DNA from: Craspedostauros australis
Lineage: Eukaryota
Direction: 5' to 3'
DNA: 20,000 nt
Assembly: GCA_030167865.1 (NCBI GenBank)
Contig: JALAGF010003705.1
Location: 45,470 to 65,469 of the forward strand
The notes under the pieces were generated by a model. That model had not been told where the DNA came from and ran no database searches. It saw only the letters and a program-made list of their open reading frames with translations. Both the position numbers and the translations under genes were made by a program. Below, in pieces: positions 19,904 to 20,000 of the stretch. How positions within the stretch are numbered: the first letter of the stretch is position 1; the number at the start of each line of letters is the position of its first letter.

Positions 19904-19987
19904 CACAAAACACATGACACAAAACACATCACACAAAACACATCACACAAAACACATCACACAAAACACATCACACACACAACATCA
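19904..19987. repeat. 14-bp minisatellite (CACAAAACACATCA), about 6 copies
   Basis: Four exact units flanked by two variant units (CACAAAACACATGA and CACACACAACATCA). Confidence 0.92.
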
Positions 19988-20000
19988 TCGACATCCGTTC

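Noticed and set aside
19400..19987. CRISPR array or telomere interpretation of the terminal repeats
   Set aside because: The units are similar along their whole length with no unique spacers and no cas genes. The 14-mer does not match TTAGGG-type telomeric repeats.

Overview
Gene-dense eukaryotic nuclear DNA, most likely a diatom or related stramenopile. This assignment is an inference from the GT-AG introns, compact intergenic spaces and a 'GQVGIRC'-type protein family I know mainly from diatoms. The window holds seven protein-coding genes and one tRNA, in this order. (1) A mitochondrial-targeted, degenerate MDR/Rossmann-like protein (-), whose exon is missing from the ORF track and which runs off the left edge. 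(2) tRNA-Ala(CGC). (3) A MYND zinc finger fused to a UBE3D/Ipa1 (HECT_2)-like region. (4) A two-exon mitochondrial monothiol glutaredoxin (Grx5, CGFS). (5) XPC/Rad4. (6) A two-exon Derlin. (7) A two-exon ELM2-SANT protein with a PAH-like last exon. (8) A large disordered protein with two C-terminal Cys/His domains. The right end has about 2 kb without a convincing gene, a GAY/AAC microsatellite, a 153-bp AT-rich tandem repeat running into a 117-N gap, and a 14-bp minisatellite. I found no CRISPR array, transposase or prokaryote-type system. The best leads are the unusual domain architectures, a bZIP-site cluster in the Grx5/XPC divergent promoter, and the satellite.
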